Shown: positions 26,336 through 36,687 of the stretch, in pieces | Numbering within the stretch: position 1 is the stretch's first letter | Layout: every line of letters begins with the position of its first letter | NCBI GenBank assembly: GCA_045577735.1 | Contig: JAZNIY010000013.1 | Span: forward strand, 26,702-90,701 | DNA: 64,000 nt | Source of the DNA: Candidatus Stercoripulliclostridium sp. | GTDB taxonomy: Bacteria > Bacillota > Clostridia > Christensenellales > DTU072 | Direction of reading: 5' to 3' | The notes under the pieces: model-generated | Databases searched by the model: none | Told to the model about the DNA's origin: nothing | The model's input: the letters and a program-made list of their open reading frames with translations, nothing else | Translations under genes and position numbers: made by a program

Positions 26336-29300
26336 ATGATGAGAGTACAAGTAAAAAGAATAAGTAAACCCACGTTATTTATAGTAATGCTAGTAGCATT
26401 AACGCTTATTTGCGGATTGTTGTTTACTTCTATACAATTAAACAAAGACTTGATTGCAAGCGCTGCAACAAATATGAGCGTGCCTACCGATCCACAAAGC
26501 AATCATGCTACGTCCATGTCATATTATAAAGGAATAGAGACAAATGCTAGTACAAACTTTTTACAAGATACTGTTGATACAACGTTGACAGCTGGCACAA
26601 CTAAAACCATAACTTCTGACTTTTCTACAGCGGATGATACAGCGGCAGGGCACTTTTCAAATAATGGCTCAACTTGGTCAAGGAATATGGCTTATGATAA
26701 TACGGTTGGTTCAACGACAATCAATACTATGCTATTCTTTTATACTTTTAGGTTGGATGAAGATTTATATGAAAACATAATAAATGGTATGGTTAGCATA
26801 AGTGTTAGTGGTAGTTTCCAAGCTGGAACCACCTATGGTTCTGGTTGTGGCGACTGGTTTTCTGGTTTATATGTTGGCGTTGGCTATGCTAGTAGCGATG
26901 AGAACTCAGTATATTTACACGATTTTGTTCAAATTAGTGCGGTAACGAGTGGCTTTGGCGATCAAGTTTCTAATGCAACCTATCCAACATCCGATACGGC
27001 ACCTGCCATTAGTTCTCAAACTCTAAATAATAACTCAAATATAAGCAATTCTTATGGAAAGTATTTAAGAATAGGCTTGTTTGGTAGAGTATGGAACTGG
27101 GAAGATAGGAATATGACGGTTGCCATTAATAGTTTGAGTGTTACTATAACGGAACCAGAGGCATCCATGACGGTACCAGGCGATAATAATAGTGCCGTTG
27201 AGCCCTGGTATGCTAGTGATATGGCTGGTGGAAACACGGCAAATCCCGCAAGTGGAGTATTTGGTTATCATCAACAACCGAGCAATTTGATTCAAACAAT
27301 CGATACGCTGGATTATTCGGCCAGTAACATAGGTGCGGATTTCTATCGTTATAGTGACAACCAAACGGCGCAGGACAAATTTACAAACGTAGATACAACA
27401 GCAATAGATAATATTACCGGTTCGAATGTAGCTGGAAGATTCTACAACTCCGATGGTTGGTCTTTTGCTGGTGGAAACCAACTTTATCAAGTTGGTTTTA
27501 TGTACACATATAAACTAACAAACGACGTATATAATGCAATCATAGCAGGGAATGTTTCTATATCGTTGGGAGCAACGGCAAAATGGGGTGTTCTTTCGGG
27601 AGATGGTGACGTTGACTCTTGGCTATACGTTGGTATAGGATATTCTCCAAACGATAATTCTGCTGTTTCATATGAAGGATTTAGGCAAATAACGAGAGCG
27701 CAAGGAACGAAGTATGATCAATCTTCAGGTGGATCTGCTTCAACACAGAGCACTGCTAATAGTATTAGTAATGTAACTTTAACTGCAACAAACCCAAATG
27801 ATTACAATAAATACTTGCGTATTTGTATGTGGTTTGAAGCTTGGCCAGGTTCTGGTGGTGGCACTGCACAAATTACAGATGTAAGAATGAACCTTACAAT
27901 GTCAGAAAAAATACCAGTAGATACAACGGTACCATCTTATACAAACAATATGACAAAACCATCAGGAATTACCGTTCCTGGAACGTTTTATAGTAGTGCA
28001 GAATCTCGTAATTTCCACAAACAAGATTCAATGTACACCATATCTAATAGCTCAACCAGTCCCAAGTATTCATTAGTGGCAAGTGGGACGAGTTCTCAGT
28101 ATTTTCAAACAACCAATTATAATATAGTTCAGAACAATTGGGGAACAGATGGTATTTCATCGGGGCTTATTTTTGCAGGTGTTAGTTCGCTTAATATGGA
28201 AAATTCTACTAGTACTAGCAATATATATAAGGCTCGTTTAGAAGTTGGTGAGTATGCTTTGTATGGTATGTTCTATTCCTTAAGAGTGTCGGAAAACGTA
28301 TATAATGCACTACTAGCTGGACAAATTGCTATTGATTTTGAGCCAACTAGCTCGTATAGTGGCGCAAGTGCAACGGCAAGAACGTGGGGCTATATTGGAC
28401 TGGGTTACGCAGCAAGTGAAGATGCAGTTAAAACGGGAAATGGTTTTATTGAAACAAAAGGCTATTTGTCTGGTGCAAGAGGACATTTGAAAGGGACTTC
28501 CGATTATAGTACTAATGGCTCAGCAGCCAATAGGCTATCAGATTTTGTTTTTACAAAAAACGGAGTAGTTACTCAAAATTACAACGGAAATGCAAGCAAT
28601 GGAAATGATAAATACCTTCGTTTTGGTCTTTGGGGATATTCTACGGCTGGTAGCACTAGTGGCTCTCAACACGATTTTACTTTGTCGGAAGTTTATTTTA
28701 ACATAACGATTAAAGCTGTAAACAAGGATGAAAGTGGTCCTATATTTAATATAGAGTCAGGGGATATTGTCTCCACCAACAATGCGGTTACGATTTCCGA
28801 CAATCCGGGCGTTGACTATTACTTATTAAATGGAAATAGAATAGAAGTTGCAAAAATATCTAACACTTCGTTTTCAACATCTACAACGATTACTTTGCCA
28901 AAGCAAGGAAATTATACTCTTTCAGCAGTAGATCTTTGGGGATATTCTAGTATAACCATTAGTTTTACCTATTTCTATTCCACCGTTTACGCTCAAGCAA
29001 ATACGGATGGCACGCAAGGTGACTATAGCGGTGGAGGCGTAGTGTTTGGTAAAGACTACACCAACCTAAGCAGTTACAAATCGCAACAGATTAGTCATAG
29101 TGGTAACTATACTATGCAATACAATCTTTGGGCACACCCCAACGACGGCTATTATTTTGCTGGCTTTACTATAAATGGCTACTCTAATATTAATTTGAAT
29201 TTGATCACCCAAAGCATTAGTACGGCAGGTACGTACTCTGGTACCAATGGTAGTTACTCAACTATTAATGGTGATACTAGGGAATATAAGTTCACTTGGA

Positions 29301-32300
29301 ATGCCTATACCAACGTCATTATTCCTGCCGATGGTAAATTCTATATAACGGCTCACTTTAAGAGCATTCCCACCACTAATAATAGTGCTACCTATGATGG
29401 TATGGCAAAAAACGTTACAATAGGTGACGTTTCCAACGCACCCGGTGTTGGAACTATGAGTAAACTTGCTGTTTCTTATACCGATTCAGCATCTAATACA
29501 ACGACGTCATCACCTATTAATGCGGGAACCTATGTTGCGACATCAACCATTACGTGGAATGGCAACGTTGTTGGTGTAAAGACGGAAAATCTTACCATTG
29601 CTCAAAGGGAAACCACGGCTACTTATACTTTGACAGGTACTGCCCGTAATTATAACGGAAGTAATGATTTCTCCGGTTACGTTTCCTATGCTCTTTCCAA
29701 TCTTGTTTATGGTGATAACGTAGGGCTAGACGTTGTCGCTACAACGGCTGATGCCAACGTTGGTGCAAACAAAGCGTTAAGCATTAGTGCAACGCTTAAT
29801 GGGACCAGTAGTGCAAATTATACTCTTACCAACCCCACGGATAACACTAAGACCTTTACTATCAACACGGCTCCCGTAGAAGTAGTATTCGAGGTGGCGA
29901 ATAAGCCCTACGACGGCAACGCTACGGCATCCGTTACGGTTGGTAGCATTACGGGTTTGATTGGTACAGAAAGCATTCTTTACAATGACCTTAGTGCAAC
30001 CTATGCCGACAAGTATGCAGGGGACAACAAGAAGGTAACCCTAACTAACCCCGTAGCAACGGCTGGAGAGGGTACTAGTCTTGCAAACTACGACATTACT
30101 ACTAATGCCGATAGTTTATATGCAACGATTAGTAAAATAGAGTTAACTATAGATTATCTCCTTACAACCTCTAAGGTATATGACGGCAACGTTACTGCAA
30201 GCGTATCTGACGTTCAAGCAAGCGGTTATATAGGTGACGATAATACTAGACTATCAATTAGCGTTACTGCAACCTATGACGATAGCAATGCTTCTATAAA
30301 CAGAATAATTAGTATTGTCTTTGCAGTATCTGGTGCCGAAAGTATTAACTATTGGACCGAAGACCCCGAAGACGTAAGTGGTATAATCGAAAAACGTTAT
30401 CTTACCATAACGGCTGATGACAAAACTAAGGTATATGGTGAAGCAACTCCCGCATCGTCCTATAGCGTTAGCGCAACCAACGGTGACAATGACGGCACCT
30501 TCGTAACGGCAGACGATGAAAGTGCTTCCAATATAACTATCACCATACCGAGCGTTACTAACGCCGGCAACTATACCATTTCTGCAACGGTAGAAAACAA
30601 CAATGAAAACTACTACTTGTCTGCTGTGGATGGTAGCTACACCATTACAAAGCGCCCTGTTACCGTAACACTAAAGGAACAAGGTGGCGTATACGGTACT
30701 CCCGACCTCGGTGTTGACCAAGGAGCTTACGAAGTTTCTGCAAGCGGTGGTTATGCCTATCTTGGCGACGATTTGGGTATTAGTATCTCTAAAGCAGGGG
30801 ATATGGAAGTAGGCGCACACGCTCTAAGCGCAACCTCTTCCAACACCAACCACGAAGTAAACTTCGTAATCGAAAACAACTTTGTTATCACCAAACGCGA
30901 CCTTACTATCACCTTAGGTGCACAAGGCTCGGTATATGGTGAAGCAATAACCCTTTCAAACACAGTATTCACCACGACGGGACTTGTTAGTGGCGACAGC
31001 GTAGAAGTCATAATTTCCAAGGCAGACGGCACGCAAAAGGGCGAATATGCTCTTAGTGGCGTATTAAACACCGAAAGCGTAAGTTATGCTCACGTTGTTA
31101 AGAACTACAATTACACCATCGTTCCCGGTATCTATACCATTTCCAGAAGGGCAATAACCATTATTCTTGCTCCTCAAGGTTCTGTTTACGGCATAACTCC
31201 CGTAGTAAACCAAGGCGTTGACTACTTCAGCCTAGATACCACCGATGGAAAATTCGACCTTGCTAGCGGTGACGCCAAAGAGGATCTTAACGTTACTATT
31301 ACCAAGGCAGACGGCATAAACGCAGGAGAATATGAACTAACCTTTACTTGGAATAACGACAATTACGAAATAAGTGGTGCTAGTGGCATCTATGCTATTA
31401 CCAAGGCAACCCTAGACGTAACCTACGTTAGTGAAACTATCACCTATGGTGGCACTCCCGGTTACGCAGTAACCTACGCCGGATTCAAGTATACCGATAA
31501 CGAAGACGCTGTTACTACAAAGGCAACGCTAGATACTGCTAACCTTGCATACACCGGAAGCAATATTACTGCAAACGGAGAAGGATATCAAATTACTCCT
31601 AAGGGAGCAGAAGCTCTCAACTACGACTTTAACTATATTGCCGGCACGCTCACTGTTTTGAAGAAGAGCTTGTCCGTTGCTTACATCGAGGAAATCACCT
31701 ATGGTCAAAGCCCTGTAACCAGCATAACCGCAAGTGAATTTACCGTTACCGGACTAATTGGTGAAGAGGGCGCTGGCGTACTAACCTTAACTGCAAATTT
31801 GCCCACTAGCGCAGGCACGCACACCATTACAAGCGATAACCTCACCTTCCAAGCAACCAACTATGAAGTAACCGAAGTAAGTGGTTTACTAACGATAAAC
31901 AAGGCTCAACTAGAAGTTATAATAGGGGCACCTAGCACCGTTGTTCACTATGGTGACAGCATTACCTTGAACGTAACCTACGGCACCACCGGTAAGAACT
32001 TTGTAAATGGCGAAAACGCCGACACGGCTCTCACCCAAAAGGTTGTTGTAGATTTTGCTTCTATCACCAACGAAAAGGGATACGTAAGCGCAAATGAAAG
32101 TGGCTATGACCTTGCTACACTCATTAGCCAAGAGGCAACGGCAGACAATTATGAAATAATCCATACTGCTCAAATCCTTTACGTCTACAAGAAAGAATTG
32201 ACTTTGACCTATCAAGGTGAAAGCAAAGTATACGATGCATTAATCCCCACTCCTTCCAAGGATAAAGTAGTGGTAAGTGGTCTTGTTGACGGAGAAAGCC

Positions 32301-35300
32301 TAGAATATCTTGGCGAAAGCGAAGGATTCGACTACAACTTGGCTGTTAATGCTCCCAAGGCGCAAGTAGGGGAATATCTAGTATACGCGACCTACGTTTA
32401 CGGCGGCGGTAGAGATGCTCTTAACAACTATGACATCAAGTTTGTTCGTGACTACTACGACATCACGCACGCCACCCTTACTGCCACCTACGTTTCCGAG
32501 TCCATCGTATTCGGTGCTACTCCCACAGGCGCTGTTGTATACTCCGGCTTCAAGGGCTCCGATAACGAAGACGTTGTCATTACCAAGGCAACCGTTTCAT
32601 TTGAGAGCATAGATAACGTTACCATTCTCGGTGAAAACAGTTACGTAAACGTTAAAGAGGGGGGATACGCTCTTGCTCCCGAGGGCGCAAGCGCAGTAAA
32701 CTATGTCTTCAATTACGTTGAGGGTACTCTAACCGTTACTAAGAGAGAGGCCTCTCTCGTACTTGTAGACCAAACTTCAGTTTACGGCATAGCCCCCGTT
32801 GTTGGACAAGGTACGGAATACTATGAATTAACCGGACTACTTGAGGGCGACAGCCTAACCTCTCTAACCATTACCAAGGAAGAGGGCATAACGGTAGGAA
32901 GCTACGTACTTGACGCTGTCGTTGTGGCTCCCAACTATGAAGTTGCCGTTACCAAGGCAACCTATACCATAACCCAAGCAACCTTGAACGTTACTATCAG
33001 CTTTAATAGGGCATCCGTCCTTGATATCGACGTTGCATCTCTAACCACCGGCGACTTCACCATCGAATATGTCGGCTGGCAATATACGGATGACGAATCC
33101 TTGTTGGATACCCCCGTTTCCGTGGACCTAGATGCTATTATCTCTACTGCAACCGAAGCTGGCGAATATACCATTTTGTATATCGTAGGTAACGATGATC
33201 AATATATCTTCAACTACGTAAGCGTTGGCACAATCGTTGTTGTTGCTTCCGAAAAAGACGTTGATATTAGCGGTCTATCCTTCACCAGTAAATCTCTTCC
33301 CTATAACGGACAAGAGCAATACCTCGAAGTTGTTTGGAACGATCAACCCGAAGAAGTTGACGTTGAAATTTCCTACACCTATAGTAAACCTTTCCACAAG
33401 GACGTTGACGTATATAGTGTAATTGCAAGCTTTAGAGTTAAGACCGAGGGCTACAAGGACAATATCCCCTCCATGGAAGCATCTCTTACCATTACGGCTC
33501 TTGACGTATCACTCACCCTTGCTCCTCAAGGTTCAGTATACGGCGAAGCAGTAGAAGTAAAGCAAGGTGACGAATACTACACCGTAAGTGGTACCCTTAT
33601 TGAAGGTGACGATCTTGGCGTAGTTATCACCAAGAGCGACGTTATGAATGCAAATCATGGCGAATATGACCTTGATGCAACCATTTCCAATACCAACTAT
33701 AACCTTGTTTCCGTAACCACGAACGTTTATACCATTTCTAAGGTAAACGTAACCGTAAAACTAAGAAATCAAGTTGGCGGATATGGTAAGACGGCTCAAA
33801 TAGCACAAGGGGAATACGATATCGTTGCGGGCGCACTCGTTGACGAAGGCGATATGGTTATCACTTTGAGCGTTGAAACTGCTACCTTGTACGAAGTAGG
33901 CGAAAGCTATGCTATTACTGCAGAAATAGTACCCAACGAATGGTACGTATTTGACGTTATCGATGCAGAATACACCGTTGTTGCAATGGCAATCCAAATA
34001 ACCTTGAACAACGTAATTGCAACCTATGGCGATGACGTAGATGCTACCACTACCTATACCCTCACAAGTGGTACTCTAGCAGACGAAGGCGATGACCTCG
34101 GCCTAGTCTTCAGCATCACTCAAGCCGACAAATACGTTGTTGGTGGCGACTATAGCATTTCCGCTACCGCTTCTAACGACAACTACGTGGTTGAAGTAAT
34201 AGGTGCAAAATACGTTGTAGAAGCCAAGTATATCGAAATAAAAGTTGCCGACCAAAACTCCACTTATGGTGAAGAGTACGTTATCAAGAATGACTTTGCA
34301 CTCGTTGAAGGCTTCAGCTTGGAATATGACGACGAGAAAGAAGATCTGGGCGTAATCGTAACCGTAAACAGCTCTTCTTTGAATGCCGGTACCCACGTTC
34401 TTAGCGCAACAACCTCAACCACAAACTACAACGTTAAGGTAATTAACGGTGCCTACGTTATTGCTAAGGCAACAACCGTATTCTATACGGAAAAGCTACA
34501 AAAAGAATATACCTATACCGGTAACGCAATTAACTTTAAGACCGATACCTCGTACGTATATACCAACAGACCCAATAATCAATCAGGCATTAAGCTTCCC
34601 ACCGTTAGCGTAATCAACGCAGGTCACTATACCGTAACCTTCTCCATTAACGAGAGCACCAACTACGCTTCTGCTAGCGTTGACGTAAATATCGTAGTTC
34701 TTAAGGCAAATCCCGTTGTTAATATGTCCGTTCTTCTAAACAAGACCTACGTTTATAACGGTGTAGAGCAATATATTACTGCATCCAAGGAAGATTTGCT
34801 AGTCAAAGCAGATTTTGATGAAGTAACCCTATCTTGGTCGGGTGAAGTATTCAAAGACGTTCCCGAAACGGGTAACAAACTCGTAGAGCTAACCCTTTCC
34901 GAAACCACGAACTACTTCCCGGCAACCTTTACTCAAACTGTTCCTATCAACAAGGCTAGATATGACTTCACCGGACTAGATTATGCTTTCGCTGGTCTAT
35001 CTAAAGAGTACGACGGCAAAGAATGCTCTGTTCAAGTAGTAAATCTACCTGCAGGTATCACCGTTGCGTATTCATATAAAGATACCATCCAAGAAGCACC
35101 ATTCCTCTTCAAGAATGCAGGTGACTATATCGTTAAAGCAATATATTCCTATGACGAAGTTAACTACGAACGTCCCACCGAATTGATAGAAACAGCATAC
35201 GTTCAAATTGAGCGTATAGATATCACCGTTGAGGTTGTTGATCAACACGGTTACTACGGCGATGCTCCCGAATTCGATCCCAATGGTATTAATGTAATAG

Positions 35301-36613
35301 CAGGAACCTTCGTTGAGGGCGATGAAATTGACCTCAGCATACAACTTGAACCCAAAGACAGCTATCCAATTGGTGTTTATAAGCTTGTCGCTAACACTAT
35401 GGCAAGTGGTAACTACAACGTAACCATTGCAAGTGGTAGCTACACCATCAATCCTCGTCCCATAACCGTTACGATTAATAACGAACAAGCTCAATACGGC
35501 GATGAAGAAAAGCCCTATAGCTTCAAAATAACGGAAGGCACGCTCATTGGTGAAGACAAACTCAAATCCACCCTCGTTCGTGAAACGGGCAAGACCCCCG
35601 GCGAATATGCTATTTCCGGTAGCGTTGTTAACCCCAACTATATCGTTAAAGTAATTCCCGGCGTATACAAGATTGTTCCTCGCCTAATAACCGTAGAAGT
35701 ATTTAACCAAGAGGGTACTTCTGCAAAACAACTCAACAAGAGAGCATACAAGACCTTCGGTAAGATATTGAAGGGCGATAACTTGAACATCCAAGTTGTT
35801 GGTGAAATTGGAAGCACTCCCGGCGAATATCCCTTGAGCGCAACCTATACCGCAAATCCCAACTACGAAGTTGTTATCAAGGGAGGTGTCTTCATTATGA
35901 GAAAGGTTGCAGAAATCAGCGTAGATAACCCCATCGTATACAAACTCTACGACGGCGTTCCTTACGTATTTGACGTATTCGTATCAAGTGGAGCAGAACC
36001 TGTATTCAGTATTGACGGCATCTTCGTTGAAAACTCCTTCACCGAAGTTGGCGTATACAACCTCTCCATTAATGCCGACGTCAAGGGCGAGTACGCTTCT
36101 CCCGATCCTTATCGCATCACCTTCGAAATTCGTCCCACTGTGCTCGAAACCGAAAATGATGGCGTTGTGGTTAAAGTTACCAAGGTCGACGGCTTCGGCG
36201 CAGAAGAAAGACTAGAAATAGAGAAAGATCCTTCCGTTGTTCTTTCCGGCGAAGACTTCTCTTCCAAGATTGATACGGCTCTTACCATTTACGTTGTTCA
36301 AGGAGAAAACAGAGTACCTCTCCAAGAATATATGCAAGGTAGAGAAGCCCACATTAAGATTAAGCTAAATGACCAACTAACCGAGATAGGTGCAGAAACT
36401 TGGTTCGTAGATAGTGACAGCAACGTCCTATACGAAGCACCCACTCCCGATGAAGAAGGATTTGTAGAAGTAACTCTTGCCGACAGCAATCACATCCTCT
36501 TCGTAACTCAAAGAAGCGAAGCAACTCCCATATTGGTTGTGTCCGGTGGTATGCTTATCATCTTCCTGGCAATGGGAATGTTCTTCCTCTTCCGTAAGAA
36601 GTTCATTAACTAA
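26336..36613 (+). CDS. Giant surface protein 3 (3425 aa): signal anchor, three tandem copies of an uncharacterised ~250-aa head module, Ig-like domains, ~25 or more MBG(YGX)-like repeats, C-terminal TM plus basic tail
   Basis: AGGAGA RBS 8 nt upstream of ATGATG. N-terminal TM LFIVMLVALTLICGLLF. The head triplication is described in the findings. The repeat motif recurs throughout: (K/S)VYG(E/I/T)..P, GL(V/I).GD, G.Y.L, NY....G.YTI(T/S)K(R/A). The C-terminus is ATPILVVSGGMLIIFLAMGMFFLFRKKFIN. Confidence 0.85.
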   Translation: MMRVQVKRISKPTLFIVMLVALTLICGLLFTSIQLNKDLIASAATNMSVPTDPQSNHATSMSYYKGIETNASTNFLQDTVDTTLTAGTTKTITSDFSTADDTAAGHFSNNGSTWSRNMAYDNTVGSTTINTMLFFYTFRLDEDLYENIINGMVSISVSGSFQAGTTYGSGCGDWFSGLYVGVGYASSDENSVYLHDFVQISAVTSGFGDQVSNATYPTSDTAPAISSQTLNNNSNISNSYGKYLRIGLFGRVWNWEDRNMTVAINSLSVTITEPEASMTVPGDNNSAVEPWYASDMAGGNTANPASGVFGYHQQPSNLIQTIDTLDYSASNIGADFYRYSDNQTAQDKFTNVDTTAIDNITGSNVAGRFYNSDGWSFAGGNQLYQVGFMYTYKLTNDVYNAIIAGNVSISLGATAKWGVLSGDGDVDSWLYVGIGYSPNDNSAVSYEGFRQITRAQGTKYDQSSGGSASTQSTANSISNVTLTATNPNDYNKYLRICMWFEAWPGSGGGTAQITDVRMNLTMSEKIPVDTTVPSYTNNMTKPSGITVPGTFYSSAESRNFHKQDSMYTISNSSTSPKYSLVASGTSSQYFQTTNYNIVQNNWGTDGISSGLIFAGVSSLNMENSTSTSNIYKARLEVGEYALYGMFYSLRVSENVYNALLAGQIAIDFEPTSSYSGASATARTWGYIGLGYAASEDAVKTGNGFIETKGYLSGARGHLKGTSDYSTNGSAANRLSDFVFTKNGVVTQNYNGNASNGNDKYLRFGLWGYSTAGSTSGSQHDFTLSEVYFNITIKAVNKDESGPIFNIESGDIVSTNNAVTISDNPGVDYYLLNGNRIEVAKISNTSFSTSTTITLPKQGNYTLSAVDLWGYSSITISFTYFYSTVYAQANTDGTQGDYSGGGVVFGKDYTNLSSYKSQQISHSGNYTMQYNLWAHPNDGYYFAGFTINGYSNINLNLITQSISTAGTYSGTNGSYSTINGDTREYKFTWNAYTNVIIPADGKFYITAHFKSIPTTNNSATYDGMAKNVTIGDVSNAPGVGTMSKLAVSYTDSASNTTTSSPINAGTYVATSTITWNGNVVGVKTENLTIAQRETTATYTLTGTARNYNGSNDFSGYVSYALSNLVYGDNVGLDVVATTADANVGANKALSISATLNGTSSANYTLTNPTDNTKTFTINTAPVEVVFEVANKPYDGNATASVTVGSITGLIGTESILYNDLSATYADKYAGDNKKVTLTNPVATAGEGTSLANYDITTNADSLYATISKIELTIDYLLTTSKVYDGNVTASVSDVQASGYIGDDNTRLSISVTATYDDSNASINRIISIVFAVSGAESINYWTEDPEDVSGIIEKRYLTITADDKTKVYGEATPASSYSVSATNGDNDGTFVTADDESASNITITIPSVTNAGNYTISATVENNNENYYLSAVDGSYTITKRPVTVTLKEQGGVYGTPDLGVDQGAYEVSASGGYAYLGDDLGISISKAGDMEVGAHALSATSSNTNHEVNFVIENNFVITKRDLTITLGAQGSVYGEAITLSNTVFTTTGLVSGDSVEVIISKADGTQKGEYALSGVLNTESVSYAHVVKNYNYTIVPGIYTISRRAITIILAPQGSVYGITPVVNQGVDYFSLDTTDGKFDLASGDAKEDLNVTITKADGINAGEYELTFTWNNDNYEISGASGIYAITKATLDVTYVSETITYGGTPGYAVTYAGFKYTDNEDAVTTKATLDTANLAYTGSNITANGEGYQITPKGAEALNYDFNYIAGTLTVLKKSLSVAYIEEITYGQSPVTSITASEFTVTGLIGEEGAGVLTLTANLPTSAGTHTITSDNLTFQATNYEVTEVSGLLTINKAQLEVIIGAPSTVVHYGDSITLNVTYGTTGKNFVNGENADTALTQKVVVDFASITNEKGYVSANESGYDLATLISQEATADNYEIIHTAQILYVYKKELTLTYQGESKVYDALIPTPSKDKVVVSGLVDGESLEYLGESEGFDYNLAVNAPKAQVGEYLVYATYVYGGGRDALNNYDIKFVRDYYDITHATLTATYVSESIVFGATPTGAVVYSGFKGSDNEDVVITKATVSFESIDNVTILGENSYVNVKEGGYALAPEGASAVNYVFNYVEGTLTVTKREASLVLVDQTSVYGIAPVVGQGTEYYELTGLLEGDSLTSLTITKEEGITVGSYVLDAVVVAPNYEVAVTKATYTITQATLNVTISFNRASVLDIDVASLTTGDFTIEYVGWQYTDDESLLDTPVSVDLDAIISTATEAGEYTILYIVGNDDQYIFNYVSVGTIVVVASEKDVDISGLSFTSKSLPYNGQEQYLEVVWNDQPEEVDVEISYTYSKPFHKDVDVYSVIASFRVKTEGYKDNIPSMEASLTITALDVSLTLAPQGSVYGEAVEVKQGDEYYTVSGTLIEGDDLGVVITKSDVMNANHGEYDLDATISNTNYNLVSVTTNVYTISKVNVTVKLRNQVGGYGKTAQIAQGEYDIVAGALVDEGDMVITLSVETATLYEVGESYAITAEIVPNEWYVFDVIDAEYTVVAMAIQITLNNVIATYGDDVDATTTYTLTSGTLADEGDDLGLVFSITQADKYVVGGDYSISATASNDNYVVEVIGAKYVVEAKYIEIKVADQNSTYGEEYVIKNDFALVEGFSLEYDDEKEDLGVIVTVNSSSLNAGTHVLSATTSTTNYNVKVINGAYVIAKATTVFYTEKLQKEYTYTGNAINFKTDTSYVYTNRPNNQSGIKLPTVSVINAGHYTVTFSINESTNYASASVDVNIVVLKANPVVNMSVLLNKTYVYNGVEQYITASKEDLLVKADFDEVTLSWSGEVFKDVPETGNKLVELTLSETTNYFPATFTQTVPINKARYDFTGLDYAFAGLSKEYDGKECSVQVVNLPAGITVAYSYKDTIQEAPFLFKNAGDYIVKAIYSYDEVNYERPTELIETAYVQIERIDITVEVVDQHGYYGDAPEFDPNGINVIAGTFVEGDEIDLSIQLEPKDSYPIGVYKLVANTMASGNYNVTIASGSYTINPRPITVTINNEQAQYGDEEKPYSFKITEGTLIGEDKLKSTLVRETGKTPGEYAISGSVVNPNYIVKVIPGVYKIVPRLITVEVFNQEGTSAKQLNKRAYKTFGKILKGDNLNIQVVGEIGSTPGEYPLSATYTANPNYEVVIKGGVFIMRKVAEISVDNPIVYKLYDGVPYVFDVFVSSGAEPVFSIDGIFVENSFTEVGVYNLSINADVKGEYASPDPYRITFEIRPTVLETENDGVVVKVTKVDGFGAEERLEIEKDPSVVLSGEDFSSKIDTALTIYVVQGENRVPLQEYMQGREAHIKIKLNDQLTEIGAETWFVDSDSNVLYEAPTPDEEGFVEVTLADSNHILFVTQRSEATPILVVSGGMLIIFLAMGMFFLFRKKFIN

Positions 36614-36635
36614 TATTAACTAAAATCAGCAAGGG

Positions 36636-36669
36636 GCGTGCGTGCCTATGGCGCGCACGCACTTGTTTT
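36636..36669 (+). terminator. Intrinsic terminator closing the giant-gene array
   Basis: GCGTGCGTGC-ctatg-GCGCGCACGC (10-bp GC-rich stem with one G-U pair) followed by ACTTGTTTT, 23 nt after the stop of giant gene 3. Confidence 0.8.
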
Positions 36670-36687
36670 AAAAAAACCTAATTTAAA

